From: Candidatus Giovannonibacteria bacterium RIFCSPLOWO2_12_FULL_43_11c
Lineage (GTDB): Bacteria > Patescibacteriota > Minisyncoccia > JACPKW01 > UBA11713
NCBI GenBank assembly: GCA_001780775.1
Contig: MFIO01000001.1
Location: forward strand, 1 to 62,849
Direction: 5' to 3'
DNA length: 62,849 bases
A program made the position numbers and the translations under genes. This document shows positions 26,475 to 34,555 of the stretch, in pieces. How positions within the stretch are numbered: the stretch's first letter is position 1; every line of letters starts with the position of its first letter. The notes beneath the pieces were generated by a model that was given only the letters and a program-made list of their open reading frames with translations, searched no databases and was not told where the DNA came from.

Positions 26475-27212
26475 ATGGTGGGCGGCGCTGCAAGCACAAT
26501 TGAAAACGAGCGCTTCATGGCCTTGCACGGGGCCAGAGTTTTCGGCAGGCGAAATTCTCCTCTCGCGAAAGCCAGGAAATCAGCGCCTGAAGCCGTAGAA
26601 AGCGTTATCCGGAAGTTAAAAGAAGAAATCGAAAGAGGCCACGCGAGGGTTACTTTTATAATAGTGATGTCTTTTGGCCTATTGAAAGACTTCGGCTTGG
26701 ATGGGATGAGAGTTATCACCAGGATGGCAGTGGAATCATCAACGCGGGGCACGGCTGGCGTAGTAGGCTGGGGCATGTACGGACTTGGCTGGGCAGTTTC
26801 AAAGATTCCTACTCCTGTTACCGTAGGAATTGGCTATGGCCTTCAAGCAGTTTCATATGGAGTTGAATATGTTGGCGAGTCCATGGCCATATCGAGCGGC
26901 AAAGCGGTGGATCTCACGTTTATGGCTATCTCTTTTATGGTTTCGGGAGCTATTTTTCTATTGATGTGGAACAAGGGCTGGATGATGAAGCCTAAGTTAA
27001 AATATACTTGGTGGGGATTGGGATTCTTTGTAGATAATCTACCGAAGGTAAGCGCCCTTCCATTAACAACTATTTCCATCGGATACACATGGATGCATGT
27101 AAAAAGGAGGTCGCGGGCGGCGGAGAAAAAACTTGCGAATATCGAAAAATTAACGCAAAATGAGATTGAGGAATTGGATCAAGATATTTCTATTTTGGAT
27201 AGAAAAAGCTAA
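26475..27212 (+). CDS. Hypothetical polytopic membrane protein with a C-terminal coiled tail
   Basis: 245 aa starting 1 nt after the virB4 stop. It has several Gly-rich TM helices. Confidence 0.6.
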   Translation: MVGGAASTIENERFMALHGARVFGRRNSPLAKARKSAPEAVESVIRKLKEEIERGHARVTFIIVMSFGLLKDFGLDGMRVITRMAVESSTRGTAGVVGWGMYGLGWAVSKIPTPVTVGIGYGLQAVSYGVEYVGESMAISSGKAVDLTFMAISFMVSGAIFLLMWNKGWMMKPKLKYTWWGLGFFVDNLPKVSALPLTTISIGYTWMHVKRRSRAAEKKLANIEKLTQNEIEELDQDISILDRKS

Positions 27213-27215
27213 ATT

Positions 27216-27929
27216 ATGAAAATATTTCTTTTAATAATTTTTCTGGGAATAGTACCTCTCGCCTTAGCGCAGACGGACAATTTTAAACCGGTTGAGGTTA
27301 ATCTGCTTCTCGAGTCGGGAAGTTATGTGCCGAGTTGGTATAGAGGGGCTTCTTTGCCGACACTGGAGTCAAAAACCAAGGTTTCGGCATTTATATTCCT
27401 AAATGGCAAAAAACTTCTGCCCGCGAATTTTACATACAACTGGAGAATAGACGGTAATTTGGATAGGGAAGTTTCCGGCAAGGGGAAAGAAAGCATTTCT
27501 TATGCTTTTCCGAAAAGCAAGGGGTCCTCGAGCGTAATTCAAGTTGAAGTTTTGGACACAAAAAATAAACTCCGTGGCAAAGCCGAAATTGTGATTGATC
27601 CGAAAGTTCCTGAAGTACTAATTTACGAAAAAAATTCGTCGGGTCCGATTGTTTCCCGTGCCATTCGAAATAAAACGATGAGTCCGGGAAGTAAATTTGA
27701 GATAAAGGCTGTGCCATTTTTTATGAATTTCGTTGCGAAGTCTAGTCTGCAATTTATCTGGTTCCAGGACAGTCAGCCGCAAAACGCGGTGGACGGCGAA
27801 CCGGATGCTTATGTGGTCGAAGCTAAGCCTGGGACGGGAGGGCAGAACGCAACGTTTAAAGTTATCGTCACTAATACAAAAAGTCTTTTAGAGAAAATTG
27901 AAAACTCTATTTATGTCGAAGTTAGGTAA
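27216..27929 (+). CDS. Hypothetical secreted beta-rich protein
   Basis: 237 aa with the signal peptide MKIFLLIIFLGIVPLALAQ. Confidence 0.6.
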   Translation: MKIFLLIIFLGIVPLALAQTDNFKPVEVNLLLESGSYVPSWYRGASLPTLESKTKVSAFIFLNGKKLLPANFTYNWRIDGNLDREVSGKGKESISYAFPKSKGSSSVIQVEVLDTKNKLRGKAEIVIDPKVPEVLIYEKNSSGPIVSRAIRNKTMSPGSKFEIKAVPFFMNFVAKSSLQFIWFQDSQPQNAVDGEPDAYVVEAKPGTGGQNATFKVIVTNTKSLLEKIENSIYVEVR

Positions 27930-28491
27930 AGCAATATTTATATCCGCGTCTTCTCTGTTTTTTTCTATTGCAAGCGCAGTGATAACCCCTACGCCGGCGA
28001 CATCAAACACAGATTTTACTGGCTACGCAAAATTTTTATATCCTTTTGCGCTATCCATCGGGGCAGTTCTTGCAGTCATAATGCTCATAATCGCGGGGCT
28101 GCAGATGATGACGGCTTCCGAGGGGCAGCGCACTGCCGCGAAAGAAAGGATACAAAACGCAATTATAGGGCTTTTGCTTCTGGTTGGTATTTTTATAATC
28201 TTAAATATGATAAATCCTGATTTGCTAAATTTAAAAATTAATACAGACGGGCTGAAAGTAGACAAAACAACGAATGCTGAGCAAAATAGCTCGCCTAAGG
28301 GTGACTGTGTTGTTGCTGGAAAAACATTTGAGTTGACTCAAGCACAATGCGACGCACAAAAAGGTGGTTTTAACGGATGTCCTCTTGGTGTTGCGGGTAA
28401 TACTCAGGGTGACTGTGTTGTTGCTGGAAAAACATTTGAGTTGACCAAAACACAGTGCAACGCACAAAAAGGTACTTTTAGCTGTAAATGA
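27913..28491 (+). CDS. TrbC/VirB2-like 'T4SS pilin' family protein (paralogue 3) with a duplicated Cys-containing C-terminal module
   Basis: Signal-like N-terminus, then two hydrophobic helices around the loop TASEGQRTAAKER. The C-terminal module GDCVVAGKTFELT(Q/K)(A/T)QC(D/N)AQKG occurs twice. The ATG at 27913 was preferred over the TTG at 27898. Confidence 0.65.
   Translation: MSKLGKAIFISASSLFFSIASAVITPTPATSNTDFTGYAKFLYPFALSIGAVLAVIMLIIAGLQMMTASEGQRTAAKERIQNAIIGLLLLVGIFIILNMINPDLLNLKINTDGLKVDKTTNAEQNSSPKGDCVVAGKTFELTQAQCDAQKGGFNGCPLGVAGNTQGDCVVAGKTFELTKTQCNAQKGTFSCK
28298..28488 (+). repeat. 108-bp tandem duplication (1.8 copies) at the 3' end of the pilin gene
   Basis: 28298-28337 is identical to 28406-28445 (agggtgactgtgttgttgctggaaaaacatttgagttgac). 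The rest is diverged. Confidence 0.85.
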
Positions 28492-28513
28492 TCGTGTAAA
28501 ATATTTTAACGCT

Positions 28514-29725
28514 ATGCAAGAATTTATCACAACCAAAAGAATAATAATCGCACTCGCTATTTTATTCGTGTTGTTTTTCGCGTCGGGGGCGATTTGGTAT
28601 TATTTTATCCGGGGTAATAGTTCGATAAATAATAATTCTAATCAGCCGGAACCGACTCCGATCGAAAATCCGTTCCCGGAAGGCGGCGGGAGAGAGCCCG
28701 TGAATGGCGGAAGTAGTTCGTCGAGTGGCGGATCGGATCTTGGGTCAGTCCCCCAAAACCTGAACGCATCGCAGGGCGACTCTACGCAGATCGTTCCCGA
28801 CGCGGTCGCCGGAGCTGTTTTCTATAAAAATAGGGTCCGCTACGTCGAAAAGTCTTCCGGAAATATTTTTGAGATTGATTTAGACGGGAAAAACAAAACC
28901 AATCTCTCTAATAATAAAATCTCTGGGGTTTTTGACGCTGTATGGTCCAAACAAGGGACGCGGGCAATAATCAAATACGCTTCGGGGGATAAAATTTTTA
29001 CCGTCTCCGCGGCGATTACAGGATCTACGACAAAGACAACGATTTTGCCTTCCGGGGTCAAAGACGCTGCTTTCTCACCAAAAGGAGACCGGATCGCCTA
29101 TGTACTCGTTTCGGGAGACAGTGCTTCCGTTATAACCGCGACTCCGGAAAATAAAAACCAGGCGACGCGCCTTAAAATGAAATATTCATCCTGGAAAATT
29201 TTATGGGCGGAGGATAATGGCATTTATCTTCTGTCCTCTCCTTCGGCGTATCTGGATGGATTTCTATATAAAATAACCTTATCTTCCGGGGCTTTCTCTA
29301 AAATACTCGGCCCTTATCCAGGCCTCCTCGCATCCGTTAATACCCCCAGCCTAATTTTCTCCGAGACAAATCAAAAGGAAAAAACTATCAATACATTTCT
29401 TGCTAATTCCTCCGGAGGGAATATAGGTCCTCTTCCGATAAAAGCTATGCCGGAAAAATGCGCCTGGTCGAAAAAGGTCAAGGATGTCGTATTTTGCGCG
29501 GCTCCTCTGATCATGCCGGGGGCTATTTATCCCGACGATTGGTATATGGGGAAAGTATCTTTTGGAGATGCTGTCGTAAAAATAAACATAGCCTCGCGGG
29601 CGATAATCTCTTTCTTGCTGCCGAAGGCGATCGACACAACTAAACTTTTCCTCTCCGACGACGAAACAAACTTGTTTTTTATAAATAAGACAGACGAATC
29701 GCTTTGGAGATTGAGGCTGCCCTGA
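28514..29725 (+). CDS. N-terminally anchored beta-propeller (TolB/PD40-like) protein
   Basis: 403 aa with an N-terminal TM and a Gly/Ser/Asn linker. It has repeated beta-strand units, e.g. AAFSPKGDRIAYVLVSGD. The stop codon is formed at the junction with a palindromic element. Confidence 0.6.
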   Translation: MQEFITTKRIIIALAILFVLFFASGAIWYYFIRGNSSINNNSNQPEPTPIENPFPEGGGREPVNGGSSSSSGGSDLGSVPQNLNASQGDSTQIVPDAVAGAVFYKNRVRYVEKSSGNIFEIDLDGKNKTNLSNNKISGVFDAVWSKQGTRAIIKYASGDKIFTVSAAITGSTTKTTILPSGVKDAAFSPKGDRIAYVLVSGDSASVITATPENKNQATRLKMKYSSWKILWAEDNGIYLLSSPSAYLDGFLYKITLSSGAFSKILGPYPGLLASVNTPSLIFSETNQKEKTINTFLANSSGGNIGPLPIKAMPEKCAWSKKVKDVVFCAAPLIMPGAIYPDDWYMGKVSFGDAVVKINIASRAIISFLLPKAIDTTKLFLSDDETNLFFINKTDESLWRLRLP

Positions 29726-29759
29726 AGTCCGACTTCAGAGTGCCCCGAAGTCGGACTTC
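29724..29759. repeat. GAAGTYCGACTTC palindromic element copy, intergenic (possible bidirectional terminator)
   Basis: ctGAAGTCCGACTTC-agagtgcccc-GAAGTCGGACTTCag fills the whole 37-nt gap between convergent genes and overlaps the TGA at 29723-29725. Confidence 0.9.
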
Positions 29760-29762
29760 AGC

Positions 29763-30224
29763 CTAGTTCACGCCGAAAGGCTTTATCACAACCTTTCTAT
29801 TCGGTTCCTCCCCGATTGACTTGGTTGTTATGTCCGGGTATTCAGTTAGAATCGCATGAACTATTCTTCTTTCGTACGAACTCATCGGCCGCAATTGTAT
29901 TTCTTTTTTGAAATATCTGACGCGTTGAGCGGATAGTCTCGCCAAATCTTTTATTTCTTCCGCTCTTTGTTTTTGATAATCGTTCACGTCGATTGAAAAG
30001 GGAAACGATACTTTTCCCAACTTAGCCTCCGTTATTCTTTTCAATAGATGATTTAGCGCTATTAGATTTTCTCCTCCTTCTCCTATTAAAAGTCCCGCTT
30101 CTTGCGTTCTTATTTGAAATTGAGTGTTGTCTGCCGTTTCAAATATAGAAACACCGCCAAAAACTCCTATTTTAGCCAAAAGCTCTTCAATTATTTCCTT
30201 TATTTTTTCCTTCTCCTGATCCAT
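29763..30224 (-). CDS. jag: Jag/KhpB-like RNA-binding protein (KH + R3H)
   Basis: 153 aa with GLLIGEGGENLIALNHLL (KH-like) and SYERRIVHAIL (R3H). It lies downstream of yidC. Confidence 0.8.
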   Translation of the reverse strand: MDQEKEKIKEIIEELLAKIGVFGGVSIFETADNTQFQIRTQEAGLLIGEGGENLIALNHLLKRITEAKLGKVSFPFSIDVNDYQKQRAEEIKDLARLSAQRVRYFKKEIQLRPMSSYERRIVHAILTEYPDITTKSIGEEPNRKVVIKPFGVN

Positions 30225-30936
30225 ATGAAAGCTTAGCGCGAGAACGCACTATGGCTTCATGTAAAGTAGCAAAAACATTAGATGATGTCCAATAAAGGGA
30301 GAGTGCCGCTGGGAAGCGAGTTGATATGTAAAAGATGACTAAAGGCAGGATATATGTGGCCTGAATAGCCATAGCTCTCGCCATTTCATCCTTCATATTA
30401 GAACCTTTTTGGGGGATTTTTGGATTGGAAAGCTTCATCTGCAAAAATTGAGAAAAGCCTGCTAAAAATGCCAGGAAATAATTCGGCACGCTCAGATTGA
30501 CAAGCCCCAGGAAACTAGTGGCGACGACTTCCGGCATCGCTACAAAAGAATAAAGAGCAACGCCCCCGGTCAGTAGCCCCTTCAAAAAAAGCTGATAGAG
30601 TGTGATTAGAATTGGAAGTTGTATCAATAGCAAAAAACAGCCCGAGAGAGGATTTACTCCGTGCTCCTTATAGAGTTCCATCATTTTCTTATTTTGCTCC
30701 TCTGTGTTATTTTTATAACTTTCTTTTATTTTCTTTATTTCCGGTTCCAGTTTCTTCATTTTTATCTGCGTGATAAGCCCGCGGTGTGTGAAAGGGAAGA
30801 TAATAATTCTCACCAGAACTGTTAAGAGCACGATTGCGATCCCGATATCGTGCCCGGGAACAAGCCCGGTTAAAAACACGAGCGCGTTATAGAGCGGGCG
30901 ATAAAGTACTTCGTTGTATATCAAAGTTAAACTCAT
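30187..30936 (-). CDS. yidC: Membrane protein insertase YidC (short form)
   Basis: 249 aa with ...PLSGCFLLLIQLPILITLYQ... and a C-terminal ...ALSLYWTSSNVF... block. Conserved rnpA-yidD-yidC-jag order. Confidence 0.9.
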   Translation of the reverse strand: MSLTLIYNEVLYRPLYNALVFLTGLVPGHDIGIAIVLLTVLVRIIIFPFTHRGLITQIKMKKLEPEIKKIKESYKNNTEEQNKKMMELYKEHGVNPLSGCFLLLIQLPILITLYQLFLKGLLTGGVALYSFVAMPEVVATSFLGLVNLSVPNYFLAFLAGFSQFLQMKLSNPKIPQKGSNMKDEMARAMAIQATYILPLVIFYISTRFPAALSLYWTSSNVFATLHEAIVRSRAKLSYGSGEGKNKGNN

Positions 30937-31163
30937 GGTTTAAATGGATCGATAATTTTTTTCTGCCACGGGTGGCATTTCACAATTCGCAAAACTCCCT
31001 TTTTTAAGCCGTAAAAAACGCCCCCATAATTAACAGCTTCTTTCATATACTCAGAGCACGAAGGCTCAAAAACACAGTATTTTCTACGATAAGAAAAAAT
31101 CCCTTGGTCAGGGGAGATAATATTTTGATAAAAATATATCATCGCTACAAAAATTTTTTTCAT
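30933..31163 (-). CDS. yidD: Membrane protein insertion efficiency factor YidD
   Basis: 76 aa with CVFEPSCSEYMKEAV...G...RIVKCHPW. Confidence 0.9.
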   Translation of the reverse strand: MKKIFVAMIYFYQNIISPDQGIFSYRRKYCVFEPSCSEYMKEAVNYGGVFYGLKKGVLRIVKCHPWQKKIIDPFKP

Positions 31164-31435
31164 TTTATGAGCCGCCGTTCTTCTAGAATAGCCGATATCT
31201 CTCTTTCCAGCGCTTCGTAACTTTGTTCTTCGGCGCCTTTCTTAAAAATAAAAGTGAGGTCGTTTCCCTTTTTTATATCTTTCGTTTTTTTTCTTAATAT
31301 TTCCCTTGCCCTTCTTCTAATTTTATTTCTGCACACGGCTTTCTTTATTATCTTGCCGGATATTATGAAAATAAATCGATTTTCGCCAACATTATTCTTG
31401 GAAATCCTGATATAAAAATGGTCTTCGCTGCCCAT
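31160..31435 (-). CDS. rnpA: RNase P protein component
   Basis: About 91 aa with the basic motif AVCRNKIRRRAREIL. The ATG at 31435 was preferred over the TTG at 31447. Confidence 0.85.
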   Translation of the reverse strand: MGSEDHFYIRISKNNVGENRFIFIISGKIIKKAVCRNKIRRRAREILRKKTKDIKKGNDLTFIFKKGAEEQSYEALEREISAILEERRLIK

Positions 31436-31439
31436 TAAT

Positions 31440-31574
31440 TTATACAACGAGGCGCGCTCTTTTTTTTCTCCGGCGGCGGCGTAGCACGTTCTGCCCCGAC
31501 GTCGTGCTCCGCCTTTTTAAGAAGCCGTGGCTTTTCTTTCTTTTTCGTTTTTTAGGCTGGTAGGTTTGTGACAT
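31440..31574 (-). CDS. rpmH: 50S ribosomal protein L34
   Basis: Not in the ORF track (44 aa). Manual translation gives [44 protein letters not shown]. Confidence 0.9.
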   Translation of the reverse strand: MSQTYQPKKRKRKKSHGFLKRRSTTSGQNVLRRRRRKKRARLVV

Positions 31575-31701
31575 TAAAACATTCTAACACAGATTGGGAT
31601 ACTTTCAATATTAACAGGAAATTCATAGTTTATTAACATTCTAGTAATGTTTCGCTTGAGTAGTAAATTTTCTATTTAACCAATAAACTTAGCTCTATAA
31701 T

Positions 31702-33066
31702 ATGACTAACGAAGAATTGTGGCAAACCGCGTTGAACGAGCTGGAATTGGCCGTTTCGAAAGCTAATTTTATTACCTGGTTTCAAAACACATCCGTTGCC
31801 GACCATCAAGATGGAGTAATCGTGCTCAATGTGCCAAACGCGTTCGCAAAAGAATGGCTCGAATACAAATACCACAAGTTTATCCTTAAAGCGCTCCGAA
31901 ACCTCTCTCCTGACGTACGCAATGTGGAGTATGTAATCTCTTCCGAAATAACTCCTCTCCTTCAAAAAAGAAAACGTGAACGCAGTATTATGCCTCAAGA
32001 AGGCCAACTTGAATTCAAGGAACTCTTGGTTGACCGAGAAACAAACTTGAACCCACGCTATACATTTGATTCTTTTATAGTCGGCTCATTCAACGAACTC
32101 GCTCACGCGGCATCAGTCGCTGTGAGTAAAAACTTAGGTCAGGCATATAATCCTCTCTTTCTTTACGGCGGAGTTGGTCTTGGTAAAACCCACTTGTTGC
32201 AAGCTGTTGGGAATGAGATTAAAAAGAGCTCACTGCGCTTTAAAGTTTTATACACAACATCGGAACGTTTCACGAGCGACCTTGTAAATTTCATGCAATC
32301 GAACGAGGCAGCCGTTTTCAAAGAAAAATACCGATCTTACGATCTCCTTATAATAGACGACATCCAATTCATAGCCGGTAAAGTAAAGACGCAAGAAGAG
32401 CTTTTCCATATATTTAATTATCTGTATGAATCTGGTAAACAAATAATTTTTTCTTCAGATAAGCCACCACACGCCATAAACGATTTGGAGGAGCGCCTTA
32501 AAAGTCGATTTGAAGGGGGGATGGTGGCTGATATCGGGCAGCCGGAATATGAGTCCCGGCTCGCAATTTTAAAATCCAAGTCCCAAGGCAAGGATAATTA
32601 TTTAAATCTGGAAATCTTGGAATACATAGCTTCAAATGTTCAGAAGAATGTGCGAGAATTAGAAGGCGCGTTAAACGCGGTTATTGTGAAATCAAAGCTT
32701 TCTGGGAAAACTCTCTCTATCCCCGAAATTAAAGAAATTTTGGATAAAAATACACAGCCAAAAAGGATAGTTACTGCAAATCATATAATAAAATGTGTCG
32801 CAGAATTTTATGATGTAAATGAGAGAACTTTATTTGAAAAGACTAGAAAAAAAGAGATAGTAAAACCAAGACAGATCGCTATGTACTTATTAAGGGAGGA
32901 CTATAGCGGCTCTTATCCTTATATAGGTCAACGGTTTGGCGGCAGGGATCATACAACCGCGATACACGCCTTTGATAAAATATCAAAGGCATTAAAAAGG
33001 GATTCTCAGCTTGTGGAAGAGATGAGGAGAATACGTGAATTATATAACTACAACTCTTCAACATAA
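31702..33066 (+). CDS. dnaA: Chromosomal replication initiator DnaA
   Basis: 454 aa with YNPLFLYGGVGLGKTHLL, LLIIDDIQF and the domain IV sequence PRQIAMYLLRE...IGQRFGGRDHTTAIHA. Confidence 0.95.
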   Translation: MTNEELWQTALNELELAVSKANFITWFQNTSVADHQDGVIVLNVPNAFAKEWLEYKYHKFILKALRNLSPDVRNVEYVISSEITPLLQKRKRERSIMPQEGQLEFKELLVDRETNLNPRYTFDSFIVGSFNELAHAASVAVSKNLGQAYNPLFLYGGVGLGKTHLLQAVGNEIKKSSLRFKVLYTTSERFTSDLVNFMQSNEAAVFKEKYRSYDLLIIDDIQFIAGKVKTQEELFHIFNYLYESGKQIIFSSDKPPHAINDLEERLKSRFEGGMVADIGQPEYESRLAILKSKSQGKDNYLNLEILEYIASNVQKNVRELEGALNAVIVKSKLSGKTLSIPEIKEILDKNTQPKRIVTANHIIKCVAEFYDVNERTLFEKTRKKEIVKPRQIAMYLLREDYSGSYPYIGQRFGGRDHTTAIHAFDKISKALKRDSQLVEEMRRIRELYNYNSST

Positions 33067-33187
33067 AAAATATAACTTATAAACAACCCAAATTATCAAC
33101 ATGCTATTAAATAATATATTTAAATATATTATTTAAACGCTAGGGGAAATAAGATTTCCACAAATAAAACAAAAATTTATAATAACA
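33067..33187. other. Candidate oriC / DNA-unwinding region in the dnaA-dnaN spacer
   Basis: A 30-bp perfect AT-only palindrome lies at 33107-33136. DnaA-box-like 9-mers are TTATCAACA (33093-33101) and ATTTCCACA (33164-33172). Confidence 0.5.
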
Positions 33188-34285
33188 ATGAAACTAAATT
33201 GTAATAAAAATGAATTATATAAATTAGTTAGCTTAGCTGAAAGAAGTACTAGTAAAAACCCGACTTTAATTACTCTATCTTCCATACTTCTCCGCACTAA
33301 TAAAAACCGTCTATTTGTAATAAGTACAAATTTAGAAGTTGGTTTTGAGGGAAGTCTTTCAGCATCAATAGAACAGGAAGGGGAGGTATTATCTCCAGCA
33401 AAAACACTCCTTTCTGTACTTTACGCGATACATGAAGAGGATATAAATATGTATAACATTGGGGGAAATTTAAAAATAATCTCAAAGACATCTTCAATAA
33501 ATTTAAAATGCCTGCCAGTAGATGAATTTCCAACAATCCCAAAGATAAAAAAAGAAAACCATTTTCTAATATCTAGCGATTCTTTGATTGAGGCTTTAAA
33601 AAATACAATCCTCGCAACGGCAACGAACTATACAAAACCAGAATTGGCCAGCGTCTATATGTTTTCTCAAGGTAAATTACCATTAACGCTTATAGCTACT
33701 GATTCTTTCAGACTTGCGGAGTATAAGACAGACGCTTCTTATCTATCACTCTCCATACTTTTACCACAAAAAACGTGCCAAGAGATCATTAAAATCTTCG
33801 AAGATTTTAATGATGACATCGAGGTTGTTTTTAATAAAAATCAAGTACTTTTCCATGGAAGAAACATTTCATTTTTGTCCAGGTTGACTGAAGGCAAATT
33901 TCCAGAATATCAAACAATAATTCCAAAATCCTTTGATACGCAAGTTTTTACGGATAAAAACCAAATATTAAATGCGGTACGGGCGGCGGGAATTTTTTCT
34001 TCCAAGCTCTCAGAAGTTGTAATTGCTGTCGATGGAGACAAAAGTATTTTAAGCGTGAAGTCTTCGAATGCGGAAACCGGGGAGTACGAATCTAATTACC
34101 CAGCCAAAATATCCGGCGCTTCCGTCGAAGCAAATTTTAATTACCATTATTTACTCGAGGCGCTTCAGGCAATTTCAAAACAAAAAGTTTTTCTTGGATT
34201 TAACGGTCCTCAAAAAGCCGTCTTGATTAGGGGCGCAGATGACACTAGATATCTGCATCTGGTTATGCCAATGAGAGGGAATTAA
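33188..34285 (+). CDS. dnaN: DNA polymerase III beta sliding clamp
   Basis: 365 aa. Called from its position after dnaA and a three-domain clamp pattern (...ATDSFRLAEYK...LTEGKFPEYQTIIP...MPMR). Confidence 0.9.
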   Translation: MKLNCNKNELYKLVSLAERSTSKNPTLITLSSILLRTNKNRLFVISTNLEVGFEGSLSASIEQEGEVLSPAKTLLSVLYAIHEEDINMYNIGGNLKIISKTSSINLKCLPVDEFPTIPKIKKENHFLISSDSLIEALKNTILATATNYTKPELASVYMFSQGKLPLTLIATDSFRLAEYKTDASYLSLSILLPQKTCQEIIKIFEDFNDDIEVVFNKNQVLFHGRNISFLSRLTEGKFPEYQTIIPKSFDTQVFTDKNQILNAVRAAGIFSSKLSEVVIAVDGDKSILSVKSSNAETGEYESNYPAKISGASVEANFNYHYLLEALQAISKQKVFLGFNGPQKAVLIRGADDTRYLHLVMPMRGN

Positions 34286-34555
34286 ATGGTGTTTGTTCGA
34301 GTAGAGAATTTCTTAAGCAAATTTAAGAAGCTAGAAACAAAGGAGGGGCGCGAGAATAAGGTTTGTGAGATTTTAAAAGGGAGCATTCCTGCCGATGGAT
34401 TAAAGATAGCTGTTCGAAAGAAAACTATTTATTTCTACGATCTTTCCCCCGCGGCCAAGAGCGAGATCTTTTTTAAAAAAGAGGAGATATTAGAAAAAGT
34501 TAAGAAGGTTATGAAAGAAGCGGCTCCAAATGAAATCAGTTTTCGGAAACCCTAA
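34286..34555 (+). CDS. DUF721-like small protein (DciA-family candidate)
   Basis: 89 aa, immediately after dnaN. KKTIYFYDLSPAAKSEIFFKKEEILEKV resembles the DUF721 pattern 'L.V.V.S..WA.EL.F.K..IL..L'. Confidence 0.4.
   Translation: MVFVRVENFLSKFKKLETKEGRENKVCEILKGSIPADGLKIAVRKKTIYFYDLSPAAKSEIFFKKEEILEKVKKVMKEAAPNEISFRKP

Noticed and set aside
26234-26776. 180-aa minus-strand ORF spanning the virB4/26475 junction
   Set aside because: It is antisense to two tightly coupled plus-strand genes and has an Arg/Pro/Ser-rich composition. It is a shadow ORF.
28514-29725. UGA recoding (alternative genetic code, as in some candidate phyla)
   Set aside because: Several well-defined genes terminate at TGA with normal lengths, including the dksA-like and pilB genes and this ORF. 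No conserved protein shows an in-frame TGA. The standard code 11 fits.
31696-31701. TATAAT hexamer as the dnaA promoter -10 box
   Set aside because: It abuts the dnaA ATG (31702) with 0-nt spacing and has no matching -35. It is too close to serve that start codon.
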